Assembly: GCA_036274495.1 (NCBI GenBank)
Contig: DASUFP010000039.1
Location: forward strand, 11,303 to 75,302
Source: Bacteroidia bacterium
Lineage (GTDB): Bacteria; Bacteroidota; Bacteroidia; AKYH767-A; OLB10
Reading direction: 5' to 3'
DNA: 64,000 bases
Within the stretch, counting starts at the first letter, position 1; every line of letters begins with the position of its first letter. Both the position numbers and the translations under genes were made by a program. A model generated the notes under the pieces. The model did no database searches. It saw nothing but the letters and a program-made list of their open reading frames with translations, and was not told the origin of the DNA. Below, one piece after another: positions 46,588 through 55,578 of this stretch.

Positions 46588-47922
46588 ATGTCTTCTACAG
46601 TAATAACGGAAAAGTCAGCGTATCCGATGGTGACCTATACACCATCCTTTATGACCATAAACGAGCGAAAATGCAGGCTGACAGTACGTTTTCATCTGAA
46701 AATCACCAAAGCCAATCATGGTGAATTCCCACTTTATCTCCGCATCATATATAAAAGAATTAAAGTTGAACTCAGCACAGGACTATTAATTAGTCCGGAT
46801 GAATGGAACTTCAAAACCGGGGAACTGCGCTACAAACACCAGCATACAGAGGTACATCAAAAACTAATTGCATTGGAATCGCAAGTGTACCAGATTTCAA
46901 AGCATCGTGAATTAAAAGGTCTGAAAGTCAGCTCATCAATAATAAAACAAATAATAAGAAACAAAATGAATATAGACACACCGATAGGGCATGGGAGTTT
47001 ACTTATAGCCTACCTTAAATCGTATATCGAATTTATCAAGGGAATCAATAAAGAGTATACTCCTGGAACTGTACAACACTATGTAACTCTGGTAGGCCAC
47101 CTTGAAAATTTCATAAAGTCATTGGGATTAATCGACATCCCGATACATGTGGTTGACACTCGGTTTATTCAGGGGTTCGATGACTTCTTAATGACCTGGA
47201 TAAATCCAAAACTGGGTCGTGCTATGAATCGGAATACCGCAAACCGCAATCATTCAAAATTGAACCCTTTACTAACACGAGCAGTGTTGGAGAAGTTAAT
47301 TCATTCGAACCCGTATGCCGGTTTCAAACTGAAACGAGCGAAGCCAAAGTCTGATTACTTGGTGGACCACGAAATTCAACTTCTTATAAATAAGCGACTC
47401 GATAACAATTCGCTGGAAACCGTCCGTCTGTATCTTTTGATGTCCATATTCATGGGTGGGGTTCGATTCAGCGACCTTAAAAATGTTAAGTCTTACAATA
47501 TCATCGAGGAGGATGGATTCTACTTTTTGCATATTCACCGACAGGAGAAAACGGATGCCAGCGTGCTCACCCCATTGCTTCCATGTGCAGTTGAAATATT
47601 TAGTAAGTACCAATGGTGCCAAGATGAAGAGGGTTACATATTGCCGAGACTCACTCAACAGAAATTGAATGAATATTTGAAAACATTGGCTGATTTATGT
47701 GGTGTCCAAAAGAGGATGACTCACAAAATAGCCAGGCATACATTCGCCACAACCATATGCAGTCAGCACGGTGTACCACGTCATTTAATTGCTGCCTGGC
47801 TGGGCCATTATTCTCAAATCCGAACCACCGACATTTATGCTCGTGTGACAAAGCAAGAATCAATGATTTGGGTCAAAAAACTTTGGGAAATCTATAACAA
47901 GCCTGAATACATTCTTAAGTAA
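46588..47922 (+). CDS. int: Tyrosine-type site-specific integrase (Bacteroidetes phage-integrase family with N-terminal arm-binding domain)
   Basis: Catalytic region ARHTFATTICSQHGVPRHLIAAWLGHYSQIRTTDIYARV carries the Arg/His-x-x-Arg/Tyr motifs. Full length 444 aa with N-terminal DNA-binding domain. Confidence 0.9.
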   Translation: MSSTVITEKSAYPMVTYTPSFMTINERKCRLTVRFHLKITKANHGEFPLYLRIIYKRIKVELSTGLLISPDEWNFKTGELRYKHQHTEVHQKLIALESQVYQISKHRELKGLKVSSSIIKQIIRNKMNIDTPIGHGSLLIAYLKSYIEFIKGINKEYTPGTVQHYVTLVGHLENFIKSLGLIDIPIHVVDTRFIQGFDDFLMTWINPKLGRAMNRNTANRNHSKLNPLLTRAVLEKLIHSNPYAGFKLKRAKPKSDYLVDHEIQLLINKRLDNNSLETVRLYLLMSIFMGGVRFSDLKNVKSYNIIEEDGFYFLHIHRQEKTDASVLTPLLPCAVEIFSKYQWCQDEEGYILPRLTQQKLNEYLKTLADLCGVQKRMTHKIARHTFATTICSQHGVPRHLIAAWLGHYSQIRTTDIYARVTKQESMIWVKKLWEIYNKPEYILK

Positions 47923-47943
47923 CCTATCATATCAATCTAATAT

Positions 47944-48789
47944 ATGTACGACTTTGACCGTTATTACAACCATTGCCCAAAAACTTACCTCCTGAAGGCT
48001 ATCGGAGGAAAATTTCGTTCCCGTTCAAAAATTGTTGGTGAACTCATTAGACTCATTCGTGCCAACCAACGCTATGAATTCAGGGAGCCATTTGCATTCG
48101 GAGGAGCCATCACATTTGAAATGATGCGACAAACCAACATTCATAAATATTGGATGAATGACAGGGACCCAGCTGTGACCTGCTTTTGGATAGCCGTGAG
48201 GGATTCTGCCGACTTGTTGATTGAACACCTGGTTCAATCAACCCCGAATGACAAGCAGTATGATGAATACCGGCATCAATTGCTGGCATTGAGGAGTGTT
48301 CCCAGAAGCAAGTACGAGATTGTATATGTCGCTCTAATGAAATTAGTGATTCAAAGGCTCTCTTACTCTGGTTTGGGTACCATGGCATCACAGCCTTGTA
48401 AAAATAAAAGCGTGCGCTGGAACCGTGAGAATCTCACCAGTGAGTTAGAGATATTGTCAGCATTAATGAATGACAATACAGTCCGAATTACCAATCATGA
48501 TTTTGAGCCCATGCTTACCGACACTTCACGGCAGGCGTTAATTTATTTAGACCCTCCATATTTTCATAAGGGTAAGGGTCTATATCAGTATAACATGGAT
48601 GTGGACGACCATGTTCGGCTGGCTTGCATTTTAAAAAATACGCCTCACCCATTTGTGCTCAGTTATGACGATTGCGAGGAGGTCCGTGACCTCTATGGTG
48701 GTTGGACTAAGTTTAATTTGCTTCCATTTGAGTATACCAGCAAGAATCAGCGCAACACTCAAAATGAATTACTCATCATTCGTAAATAA
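47944..48789 (+). CDS. Dam-family (D12 class) N6-adenine DNA methyltransferase, orphan
   Basis: AIGGKF and EPFAFGGAITFE (motif I), and IYLDPPYF (DPPY motif IV). Confidence 0.8.
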   Translation: MYDFDRYYNHCPKTYLLKAIGGKFRSRSKIVGELIRLIRANQRYEFREPFAFGGAITFEMMRQTNIHKYWMNDRDPAVTCFWIAVRDSADLLIEHLVQSTPNDKQYDEYRHQLLALRSVPRSKYEIVYVALMKLVIQRLSYSGLGTMASQPCKNKSVRWNRENLTSELEILSALMNDNTVRITNHDFEPMLTDTSRQALIYLDPPYFHKGKGLYQYNMDVDDHVRLACILKNTPHPFVLSYDDCEEVRDLYGGWTKFNLLPFEYTSKNQRNTQNELLIIRK

Positions 48790-48797
48790 TTAATCAC

Positions 48798-49193
48798 ATG
48801 CACATACAAATCAATCAAAAATATTATTATGAAGACGAACTGACCTTCATTGCCGTTTATCAAAACATGGAAGACCAACATTGTTATTATCACTACCGTG
48901 AAACTTTATTGTTGGCCGGGGATGGAACATACATTTTAAAATGTCAAGGGAATCCTGGTTCTCGATATCACAGAACTAAACATGGAGTTCCTGTCAGGTC
49001 GCTTTATTTCAAGCATGAACCTCATCCTGGAATTTGGCTGTTGCAACACGGGCATCAGCGTTTGGCCGGCTTAATGTTTACTGAGTTGCGGCCTTCAATT
49101 GAAGCTGAACTTCTTTCAAAATATATCTATACTGAACCAAAAAACTGCGATTCACTATACGACTCACTGATAACTCCCAATACAGATATTTAA
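48798..49193 (+). CDS. Hypothetical protein
   Basis: 131-aa ORF inside the island near the tRNA end. Confidence 0.3.
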   Translation: MHIQINQKYYYEDELTFIAVYQNMEDQHCYYHYRETLLLAGDGTYILKCQGNPGSRYHRTKHGVPVRSLYFKHEPHPGIWLLQHGHQRLAGLMFTELRPSIEAELLSKYIYTEPKNCDSLYDSLITPNTDI

Positions 49194-49197
49194 AAAA

Positions 49198-49524
49198 ATG
49201 AATTCACAACAAGCATTAGAAGCAATTTGCAATGAAGCGAACCGACAGGTTGATTCAAATAACTGGTTTTCGGTTGAAAGGGAAATTGATGGATATAAAA
49301 TGATGCCCGGTTTTGAAAATCATGAATGTGACGAACCAGATTACAGGGAACGAATTGAAGATTTTAACTATACAGGGAAAATCTTCATAGCAGCACCTTT
49401 TATTAATAAATTAATTGAAGTCCCGGAGGAATTGTATGATTCGGCTGACGACATTGTTGCTTTTTCTTACTGGATGCAATATGTTGGAAATGCTATTGTG
49501 GAAAGCTACCGTGACATCCGATAA
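49198..49524 (+). CDS. Hypothetical protein
   Basis: 108-aa acidic ORF. Confidence 0.3.
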   Translation: MNSQQALEAICNEANRQVDSNNWFSVEREIDGYKMMPGFENHECDEPDYRERIEDFNYTGKIFIAAPFINKLIEVPEELYDSADDIVAFSYWMQYVGNAIVESYRDIR

Positions 49525-49562
49525 TATGGAGAAGAGGCTGAAATTTCCATGGAAAACCTGCA

Positions 49563-49606
49563 GGTGAAACATTTTATACCTCTGGTGAAACAAAAGGTGA
49601 AACAAA
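49563..49606 (+). repeat. Candidate integrase arm-type sites (3x ggtgaaaca...) about 100-140 bp inside the tRNA-proximal att core
   Basis: ggtgaaacatttt, ggtgaaacaaaa, ggtgaaacaaa. Same motif family and orientation as 8275-8298. Confidence 0.45.
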
Positions 49607-49636
49607 TGGGGTTATTTTATAGATATTTTCAGAATT

Positions 49637-49690
49637 ACCCGAAAAAAAGAAACCCTGGTTATCAATGAGATACCAGGGTTCTTATTTGGA
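49637..49690. terminator. Bidirectional rho-independent terminator (hairpin aaccctggt/accagggtt flanked by A-run and T-run)
   Basis: Stem 49651-49659 / 49672-49680 with a 12-nt loop. On the minus strand it is followed by tctttttttcggg, directly downstream of the tRNA 3' end. Confidence 0.55.
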
Positions 49691-49702
49691 GGTTACCCTC
49701 CC

Positions 49703-49775
49703 GGAGGTCGCGAGCAGATTCGAACTGCTGTACAAGGTTTTGCAGACCTCTACCTAGCCTCTCGGTCACGCGACC
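49703..49775 (-). tRNA. tRNA-Cys (anticodon GCA)
   Basis: Minus-strand sequence GGTCGCGTGACCGAGAGGCTAGGTAGAGGTCTGCAAAACCTTGTACAGCAGTTCGAATCTGCTCGCGACCTCC. It has a 7-bp acceptor stem, a T-arm AGCAG-TTCGAAT-CTGCT, and an anticodon loop CTGCAAA with U33 and GCA at positions 34-36. The variable loop is short. Confidence 0.85.
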
Positions 49776-49875
49776 ATTTTTGTGATTCAATCAACAAACT
49801 GGTTGGTAACTGAATGCGGTGACAAAAGTAATGTTTTTCTCTCTTTCTACCTTGGCCCGAGGTAAAGGTTACTGA

Positions 49876-50247
49876 TTATTCCAATTTACCGGAAAACAAT
49901 GTAACAGTAGCTTTCCCCAGATATCCGTTGTTGATGGGCGGACGGTGTTTTGAAACACTTAACCGGATGGTGGTCGCCCCGGGAAATGCCTCTTTTAATG
50001 CCTGCAATATTCTGGCAGCCACATTTTCAATGAGTTTGGAGCGAATGGCCATCTGTTCTCTGACAATGCGGTGCACCGTTACATAATCGATAGTCCCCGA
50101 CAATTCATCCTTTTCGCATGCAACAGCAGTATCAGCAGTAAATTCAACATCAATTGTGAAATCAGTGCCTATACGCGATTCCTCATTCAGACAGCCATGA
50201 AAAGCCCTGCACCTGATGTCGCTTATGGTAATGGTAGTGAGGCTCAT
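49876..50247 (-). CDS. folB: Dihydroneopterin aldolase
   Basis: FHGCLNEESRIGTDFTIDVEF...TIDYVTVHRIV...LIENVAARI matches the FolB family pattern. 123 aa. Confidence 0.7.
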   Translation of the reverse strand: MSLTTITISDIRCRAFHGCLNEESRIGTDFTIDVEFTADTAVACEKDELSGTIDYVTVHRIVREQMAIRSKLIENVAARILQALKEAFPGATTIRLSVSKHRPPINNGYLGKATVTLFSGKLE

Positions 50248-50263
50248 AAGAGATTCCCGTTCG

Positions 50264-51802
50264 TTATTTTATTTCCGGAAGAGCCTTCAGCGCCTTTTCA
50301 ATTCGGGTCACAACATCCTCTTTACCAAGCAATTCCATCATTTCAACCAGGGAGGCTCCCGAGGAAACACCTGTAATCAATACCCTGAGCAGCTGTTTGT
50401 CAACTTTATCGCCACCTGTTTCAACTACAGCAATCATCTGATTGATTCCGCTCATATCCCAGCTGTCGGCCTGATTAAAAACAGCATGCAGCTTATTCAT
50501 GGCGGCAGATGATGTCAGGTTCCATTTTTTCTCTATCACTTTTGAATCGTAAGTGCCCGGTATTTCAAAGAAGTAGGAACCTAACTCCCAAAATTCATTT
50601 ACAAAGTGGGCCTTTTCACGAATCAATTCGCAAAACCGCTCTACAAATTGTTGGCTGCGGTTTATATTCTTTGACTTCAGCACTTTATCGAATTCGAGTG
50701 CAAGCTCATGTAACGAGTGTTTTCTGAGGTATTGCTGGTTGAACCACCTTGTTTTCTCAGGATCAAATTTGGCTCCCGACTTACTGACCCTTTCAAATGA
50801 AAAGGCCTGAATGAGTTCGTCCATCGAAAACAACTCCTGGTTGGTACCGGGATTCCAGCCCAAAAGGGCTAACATATTTACAAATGCTTCAGGGTAATAA
50901 CCCTTCTCCCGGTAACCCGATGATTGTTCGCCGGTATTGGGATCGGTCCAGTTTAACGGGAATACCGGAAACCCAAGCCGGTCGCCATCCCGTTTGCTGA
51001 GCTTTCCATTTCCGTCGGGCCGGAGCAATAAAGGCAGGTGGGCATATCGGGGCATTTGTTCTTCCCAGCCTAAATACCTGTAAATCAATATGTGAGCAGG
51101 GGCAGACGGGAGCCATTCCTCGCCTCTGACGGCGTGACTGATCTCCATCAGAACATCATCTATAATATGTGCCAGATGGTAGGTAGGCATTCCATCGGAT
51201 TTCAGCAGTACCTTATCATCCACCTGAGCCGAATTAACACTTACCCATCCTCGTATAATATCCTCAAAACGAATCTCTTCGTTCCTGGGAACATTTAACC
51301 TTATCACATAAGGATCTCCTGACGCAATTCTTTTAGCTACTTCATCTTCACTGAGTGTCAGTGAATTTTTCATCGACTGCCTCACAATGGCATTGTATTG
51401 AGGTGCCACAACCTTGGCTGCAGTAAGCCTTTGACGCATAGCCTCGAGTTCCTCCGGAGTATCAAAAGCATAGTAAGCATGGCCGTCATGAACAAGCTGC
51501 ATCGCATATTTAAGGTAAATCCCTTCGGCTTTACGTTCCGATTGCCTGTAAGGAGCGTGGGGGCCACCTGCCGAAACGCCTTCATCAATATGAATCCCGC
51601 ACCAGTTCAGTGCTTCAATAATATATTCCTCAGCACCCGGCACATACCGTGTCTGGTCTGTATCCTCAATGCGCAGCAGGAAATCGCCACCATGTTTTTT
51701 GGCAAACAGGTAATTAAATAAAGCTGTACGGACGCCACCCATGTGCAATGGCCCAGTAGGACTGGGAGCGAATCGGGTACGTACGCGTCGACCGGTATTC
51801 AT
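50264..51802 (-). CDS. gltX: Glutamate--tRNA ligase (glutamyl-tRNA synthetase)
   Basis: HIGH-type motif RFAPSPTGPLHMGG, KLSKR (KMSKS variant), 512 aa. Confidence 0.9.
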   Translation of the reverse strand: MNTGRRVRTRFAPSPTGPLHMGGVRTALFNYLFAKKHGGDFLLRIEDTDQTRYVPGAEEYIIEALNWCGIHIDEGVSAGGPHAPYRQSERKAEGIYLKYAMQLVHDGHAYYAFDTPEELEAMRQRLTAAKVVAPQYNAIVRQSMKNSLTLSEDEVAKRIASGDPYVIRLNVPRNEEIRFEDIIRGWVSVNSAQVDDKVLLKSDGMPTYHLAHIIDDVLMEISHAVRGEEWLPSAPAHILIYRYLGWEEQMPRYAHLPLLLRPDGNGKLSKRDGDRLGFPVFPLNWTDPNTGEQSSGYREKGYYPEAFVNMLALLGWNPGTNQELFSMDELIQAFSFERVSKSGAKFDPEKTRWFNQQYLRKHSLHELALEFDKVLKSKNINRSQQFVERFCELIREKAHFVNEFWELGSYFFEIPGTYDSKVIEKKWNLTSSAAMNKLHAVFNQADSWDMSGINQMIAVVETGGDKVDKQLLRVLITGVSSGASLVEMMELLGKEDVVTRIEKALKALPEIK

Positions 51803-51927
51803 TGTTATTTAATAAAGGATGGCAAAGGTAACATTTTTACCCACCTCATGTAAGCCTACACAAGGCATCTGTACCTGTTTACCAAATAGATTGAAAACAG
51901 ATAATCGGTAGGACTATTTTTGCGCTC

Positions 51928-52335
51928 ATGGTTACCCTCGAAACTGTTTTGTTCACCAGTGATGTGGTGGATATCTTTCACGACACCGACAATCATTACG
52001 TTCACATGCAGTGGAAACGCTTTGCCGATTCAAAACAGTTCAGGGATGCTCTTGAGCTTGGATTTGATCAGGTTGTTGAATACAACATTACCGGTTGGCT
52101 GGGCAATCTGAAACACATGGAATCGATATTGCCGGCTGATGAAGAATGGGCCGCTAATGTATGGCTTCCTAAACTTGCCAAAACAGGAGTTACCAAAATG
52201 GCTATAGTGACTTCACTCGATTTTTTTAACAATGTTGCCGTCAAGCGGATTATGCAAACCGCCGATCCTGTTATCCATTTTGAAACGCGTTATTTTGTCG
52301 ATTTGCAGGACGCGCGTGACTGGCTCTCAAAATAG
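51928..52335 (+). CDS. Hypothetical protein
   Basis: 135-aa ORF followed by a terminator hairpin. Confidence 0.4.
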   Translation: MVTLETVLFTSDVVDIFHDTDNHYVHMQWKRFADSKQFRDALELGFDQVVEYNITGWLGNLKHMESILPADEEWAANVWLPKLAKTGVTKMAIVTSLDFFNNVAVKRIMQTADPVIHFETRYFVDLQDARDWLSK

Positions 52336-52361
52336 TTTTTTCGGTTCCCCCCTTCATACTA

Positions 52362-52401
52362 AAGCCGGCAAAATTGCCGGCTTCTTAATTATTATTTTTT
52401 T
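52362..52401 (+). terminator. Rho-independent terminator (aagccggc-aaaatt-gccggctt followed by T-run)
   Basis: Perfect 8-bp GC-rich stem, then cttaattattattttttttg. Confidence 0.6.
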
Positions 52402-52431
52402 TGTCGTCGGTTAGACTCACAAAACCGATTA

Positions 52432-52815
52432 TCAGGTAACAGGAAGTCCATCCAAAATTTTACCTATTTCATCAAACGCGGCTTTATCTTTTATGATATA
52501 ATTTTCGGCGCCATGTGATATTGTTTGCAAAGCCACGCCGTAACTTTTTTGTCCCGACAGAAATACACAATGTGATTTTGGTGAAATTTTTTTCAATTTC
52601 ATCATCGTTTCTATTCCCGAGAGTCCTTTCAAATTCACAGAGTCGAGGTGGTAATCAATTATAACCAGTTCCGGATCGAGATAAGCATTGGTGAGGGCAT
52701 CTTCTCCCGTCATAAAATGTTTTACCTCCCACATTGGTCTCGACTTCAAATAATCCTGAAGCATTTCGGCAAACATCGGGTCATCTTCAATGATAAAAAG
52801 CTTTCTTTTGCTCAT
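52432..52815 (-). CDS. Single-domain response regulator (CheY-like receiver)
   Basis: KLFIIEDDP...LVIIDYHLD...VFLSGQ...K gives the REC Asp-Asp, Asp, Ser and Lys positions. 127 aa. Confidence 0.75.
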   Translation of the reverse strand: MSKRKLFIIEDDPMFAEMLQDYLKSRPMWEVKHFMTGEDALTNAYLDPELVIIDYHLDSVNLKGLSGIETMMKLKKISPKSHCVFLSGQKSYGVALQTISHGAENYIIKDKAAFDEIGKILDGLPVT

Positions 52816-52958
52816 GTTCGGTAATTACTGATTAGCTCTGCTAAAATACAAAAAATAGATCGTGTTTTACCTCCTGCGATTCATGAATTATTCCGCCACA
52901 CCGTCAACCTGAACGATCTTATGATTTTCATATCTTTATCGATTAAGAAAATACGATT

Positions 52959-54383
52959 ATGAAAAAATTATTCCCGCTTATCCTGTTAATCAGTCTGTTT
53001 GCTTTACGGACCCAGGCACAGGGTATTGATAAGCCTCAGTTTCAGATTGAGACACATAGGGCAGGAAACTACCTGGGGACTTTCAACATTGAGCTATTCC
53101 CGCTAATTGCTCCATTGGCCACGCACAATTTTGATAGTCTTGTTACAGAGCAGTTTTACGACAGCACGGCCTTTCACAGGGTAGTTCCGGGATTTGTGAT
53201 TCAGGGCGGCGACCCCAATTCCATAAGCGGACCTATATCGACCTGGGGGCAGGGGCAGCCGTGGCAGCCGACTGTCCCGGCCGAGTTTAGTGCGGTGCGG
53301 CATGTCAGGGGTATCTTAGGCGCAGCTCGCGACAGCGATCCGAACAGTGCCAATTCCCAGTTTTATATCTGTGTTGCCAACGCCACTTTTCTTGACGGCA
53401 ACTATACTGTTTACGGAAAAGTTATCAGCGGCATGGAGGTAGTTGACACCATTGTCGCCTCTCCGCGTGATGCGAATGATGTACCCTTGCAGAAAATTGA
53501 TATGTTTGTTACGTATACCGGCGTCAACGACAGTGTGCCGGATCCTCCTGCACTCACCTCTCCGGCTGACGGATCATCAGGCATTTTAAATACCCAGTTT
53601 TTTACCTGGACAGCTGTTCCGGGTGCTGTGTTGTACACCATGGAATTCAGCACCGACCCGACCTTTTCTGTAATTGATATTACTGCAAACAGCGGCACTA
53701 ATTCATTAATTGTTACTTCTCTTGGCGGCTCGACACTTTATTACTGGAGAGTAAAAGCAAATAACGGCGGACATGAGAGTGTGCCATCACCTGTTTTCAG
53801 TTTTACCTCTGCTACTGCGGCAGCCACATTAATTTATCCGGCTGATACAAGTACCGGCATTCCTGTGAACCCGGTATTTCAATGGTCAGCTGTTCCAAAT
53901 GCTACCAGCTACACGCTGCAGGTTAGCACCTCGTCGACCTTTACTACCGCTTCAATGATATATAACACAGCCGGCATTACAGATACTTCGATGCAGGTAA
54001 ACGGACTCAATTCAAATTCGCTCTACTACTGGCGCATACGATCGGCCGATGGCTCTCAACAAGGCTTTTATTCAACCAAATTTACTTTTACTACCGGAAC
54101 AAGCAGTGGTGTTAATGAATTATCGAACGACTTTAATTTACTTCGCCTGTATCCCAATCCTGCATCCGCAACATTAAATCTGGAAATAAGCGCAAGTCAG
54201 ACCGAACCTATGCAACTTCTCATTTCCGATGTTACCGGAAAAATTGTTGCTTCGTCGGAGTGGGAAATGCCTCATGCGATCAGCAACAAAAACATTGACA
54301 TTTCAAATCTTGAAGCAGGAATGTATTTTTTAATCCTGCAAAACCGTTCCGGTTCGCTGCAGCGAAGGTTTACCGTTGAATAA
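52959..54383 (+). CDS. Secreted cyclophilin-type peptidyl-prolyl cis-trans isomerase with fibronectin-III-like repeats and T9SS C-terminal sorting domain
   Basis: Signal peptide. Cyclophilin motif FHRVVPGFVIQGGDP. FN3-like repeats. C-terminal LYPNPASATLNLEI...GMYFLILQ...RFTVE. Confidence 0.8.
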   Translation: MKKLFPLILLISLFALRTQAQGIDKPQFQIETHRAGNYLGTFNIELFPLIAPLATHNFDSLVTEQFYDSTAFHRVVPGFVIQGGDPNSISGPISTWGQGQPWQPTVPAEFSAVRHVRGILGAARDSDPNSANSQFYICVANATFLDGNYTVYGKVISGMEVVDTIVASPRDANDVPLQKIDMFVTYTGVNDSVPDPPALTSPADGSSGILNTQFFTWTAVPGAVLYTMEFSTDPTFSVIDITANSGTNSLIVTSLGGSTLYYWRVKANNGGHESVPSPVFSFTSATAAATLIYPADTSTGIPVNPVFQWSAVPNATSYTLQVSTSSTFTTASMIYNTAGITDTSMQVNGLNSNSLYYWRIRSADGSQQGFYSTKFTFTTGTSSGVNELSNDFNLLRLYPNPASATLNLEISASQTEPMQLLISDVTGKIVASSEWEMPHAISNKNIDISNLEAGMYFLILQNRSGSLQRRFTVE

Positions 54384-54496
54384 TTTTCTGCCATGTTGAT
54401 TGCAATTGGTCTTAGGGCTGATTAATTTTTGATTGTGCTGGATATTTGAATGAATTAGTATATTGATCATTCACATTTGATATTCATACAATCATT

Positions 54497-55546
54497 TTGG
54501 AAGACTATATTAAGGGACGGGGTTCTCAAATAAACACTCGAAACCGGTTTTCGAAACACGAGCAGGTACTTGAGCATTTCGAAGGCATAGATGAACTGCC
54601 CGATCCTGACAGCGGAACAGAAGTATTTGTTGATCACCCAAAACAAATTGTCAATAAAATCGACAGTCCTGATTTGCCATTTTTATATTCACTCAATCCG
54701 TATCAGGGGTGTGAGCACGGATGCTCCTACTGTTATGCACGTAATGCACATCAATACTGGGGGTTTAGTGCCGGTCTCGATTTTGAGCGAAAAATAATTG
54801 TGAAGCCCGATGCCGCCAGGTTGTTAAAAAAATTTTTCGGCAACAAAAATTATACTCCTGCTTCCATCAGCATGTCAGGTAATACCGACTGCTATCAACC
54901 TTTGGAACGCAAGTACCGGATTACAAGAAGTTTGCTTGAAGTTTTTCTTCAATACCGGCATCCCGTTGGCATAATTACCAAAAATGCGTTGATATTACGC
55001 GATCTGGATTTACTTAAAGAACTTGCTTCGATGCAGCTTGTGCAAGTGTACATCTCTCTTACAACACTGAATGAGGAATTACGGCGCATAATGGAACCGA
55101 GAACTGCCTCATCAGCACAACGACTGAAAGTTATTGAAACCTTTTCGGCGAATGGTATTCCGGTTGGTGTTATGACAGCTCCCATTATTCCCGGGCTCAA
55201 CAGCGATGAAATCCCGCAATTACTGAAAGCTGCCGCCGACCACGGTGCCCTGGCGGCAGGCTATACCATGGTGCGGCTGAATGGCTCTGTAAAAGAAATT
55301 TTTGGTGATTGGCTGATAAAAAATCGTCCTGATGCGGCGCAAAAAGTCTGGAATCACATAAAGAACGCACACGGGGGCTCCGTTAGCGACAGTCGTTCCG
55401 GAACACGGATGCGCGGAGAAGGAAATATGGCTGAATCGGTAAGTCAGGTTTTTAAATTGTTCTCAAAAAAATATTTTGAAGGCCGCCATATGCCTGAATA
55501 CAACATGACACATTTCCTGAGGCCGGGACAAATGAGTCTGTTCTGA
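54497..55546 (+). CDS. Radical SAM protein of the PA0069/SplB-like (DNA-repair photolyase-like) family
   Basis: NPYQGCEHGCSYCYA is the C-x3-C-x2-C motif in the family-typical context. 349 aa. Confidence 0.6.
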   Translation: MEDYIKGRGSQINTRNRFSKHEQVLEHFEGIDELPDPDSGTEVFVDHPKQIVNKIDSPDLPFLYSLNPYQGCEHGCSYCYARNAHQYWGFSAGLDFERKIIVKPDAARLLKKFFGNKNYTPASISMSGNTDCYQPLERKYRITRSLLEVFLQYRHPVGIITKNALILRDLDLLKELASMQLVQVYISLTTLNEELRRIMEPRTASSAQRLKVIETFSANGIPVGVMTAPIIPGLNSDEIPQLLKAAADHGALAAGYTMVRLNGSVKEIFGDWLIKNRPDAAQKVWNHIKNAHGGSVSDSRSGTRMRGEGNMAESVSQVFKLFSKKYFEGRHMPEYNMTHFLRPGQMSLF

Positions 55547-55578
55547 AGCAGCTTGACATACCGGCAAGTTGCTTCACT

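Larger units (their letters stand above)
8199..49720. mobile_element. About 41.5-kb integrative genomic island (defense island) inserted at tRNA-Cys
   Basis: A 17-bp direct repeat at both ends. A tyrosine integrase at 46588-47922 lies next to the tRNA end. Repeated ggtgaaRcaaaa motifs sit inside both ends. The interior is AT-richer than the flanks and dense in defense and mobile-element genes. Confidence 0.7.

Noticed and set aside
49703-49775. Possible long-variable-arm tRNA (Ser/Leu/Sec) reading of the tRNA
   Set aside because: Re-parsing gives a standard 7-bp acceptor stem, a 5-bp T-stem, a 4-5-nt variable loop and anticodon loop CUGCAAA. It is a class I tRNA with anticodon GCA (Cys), not UCA or a long-arm type.
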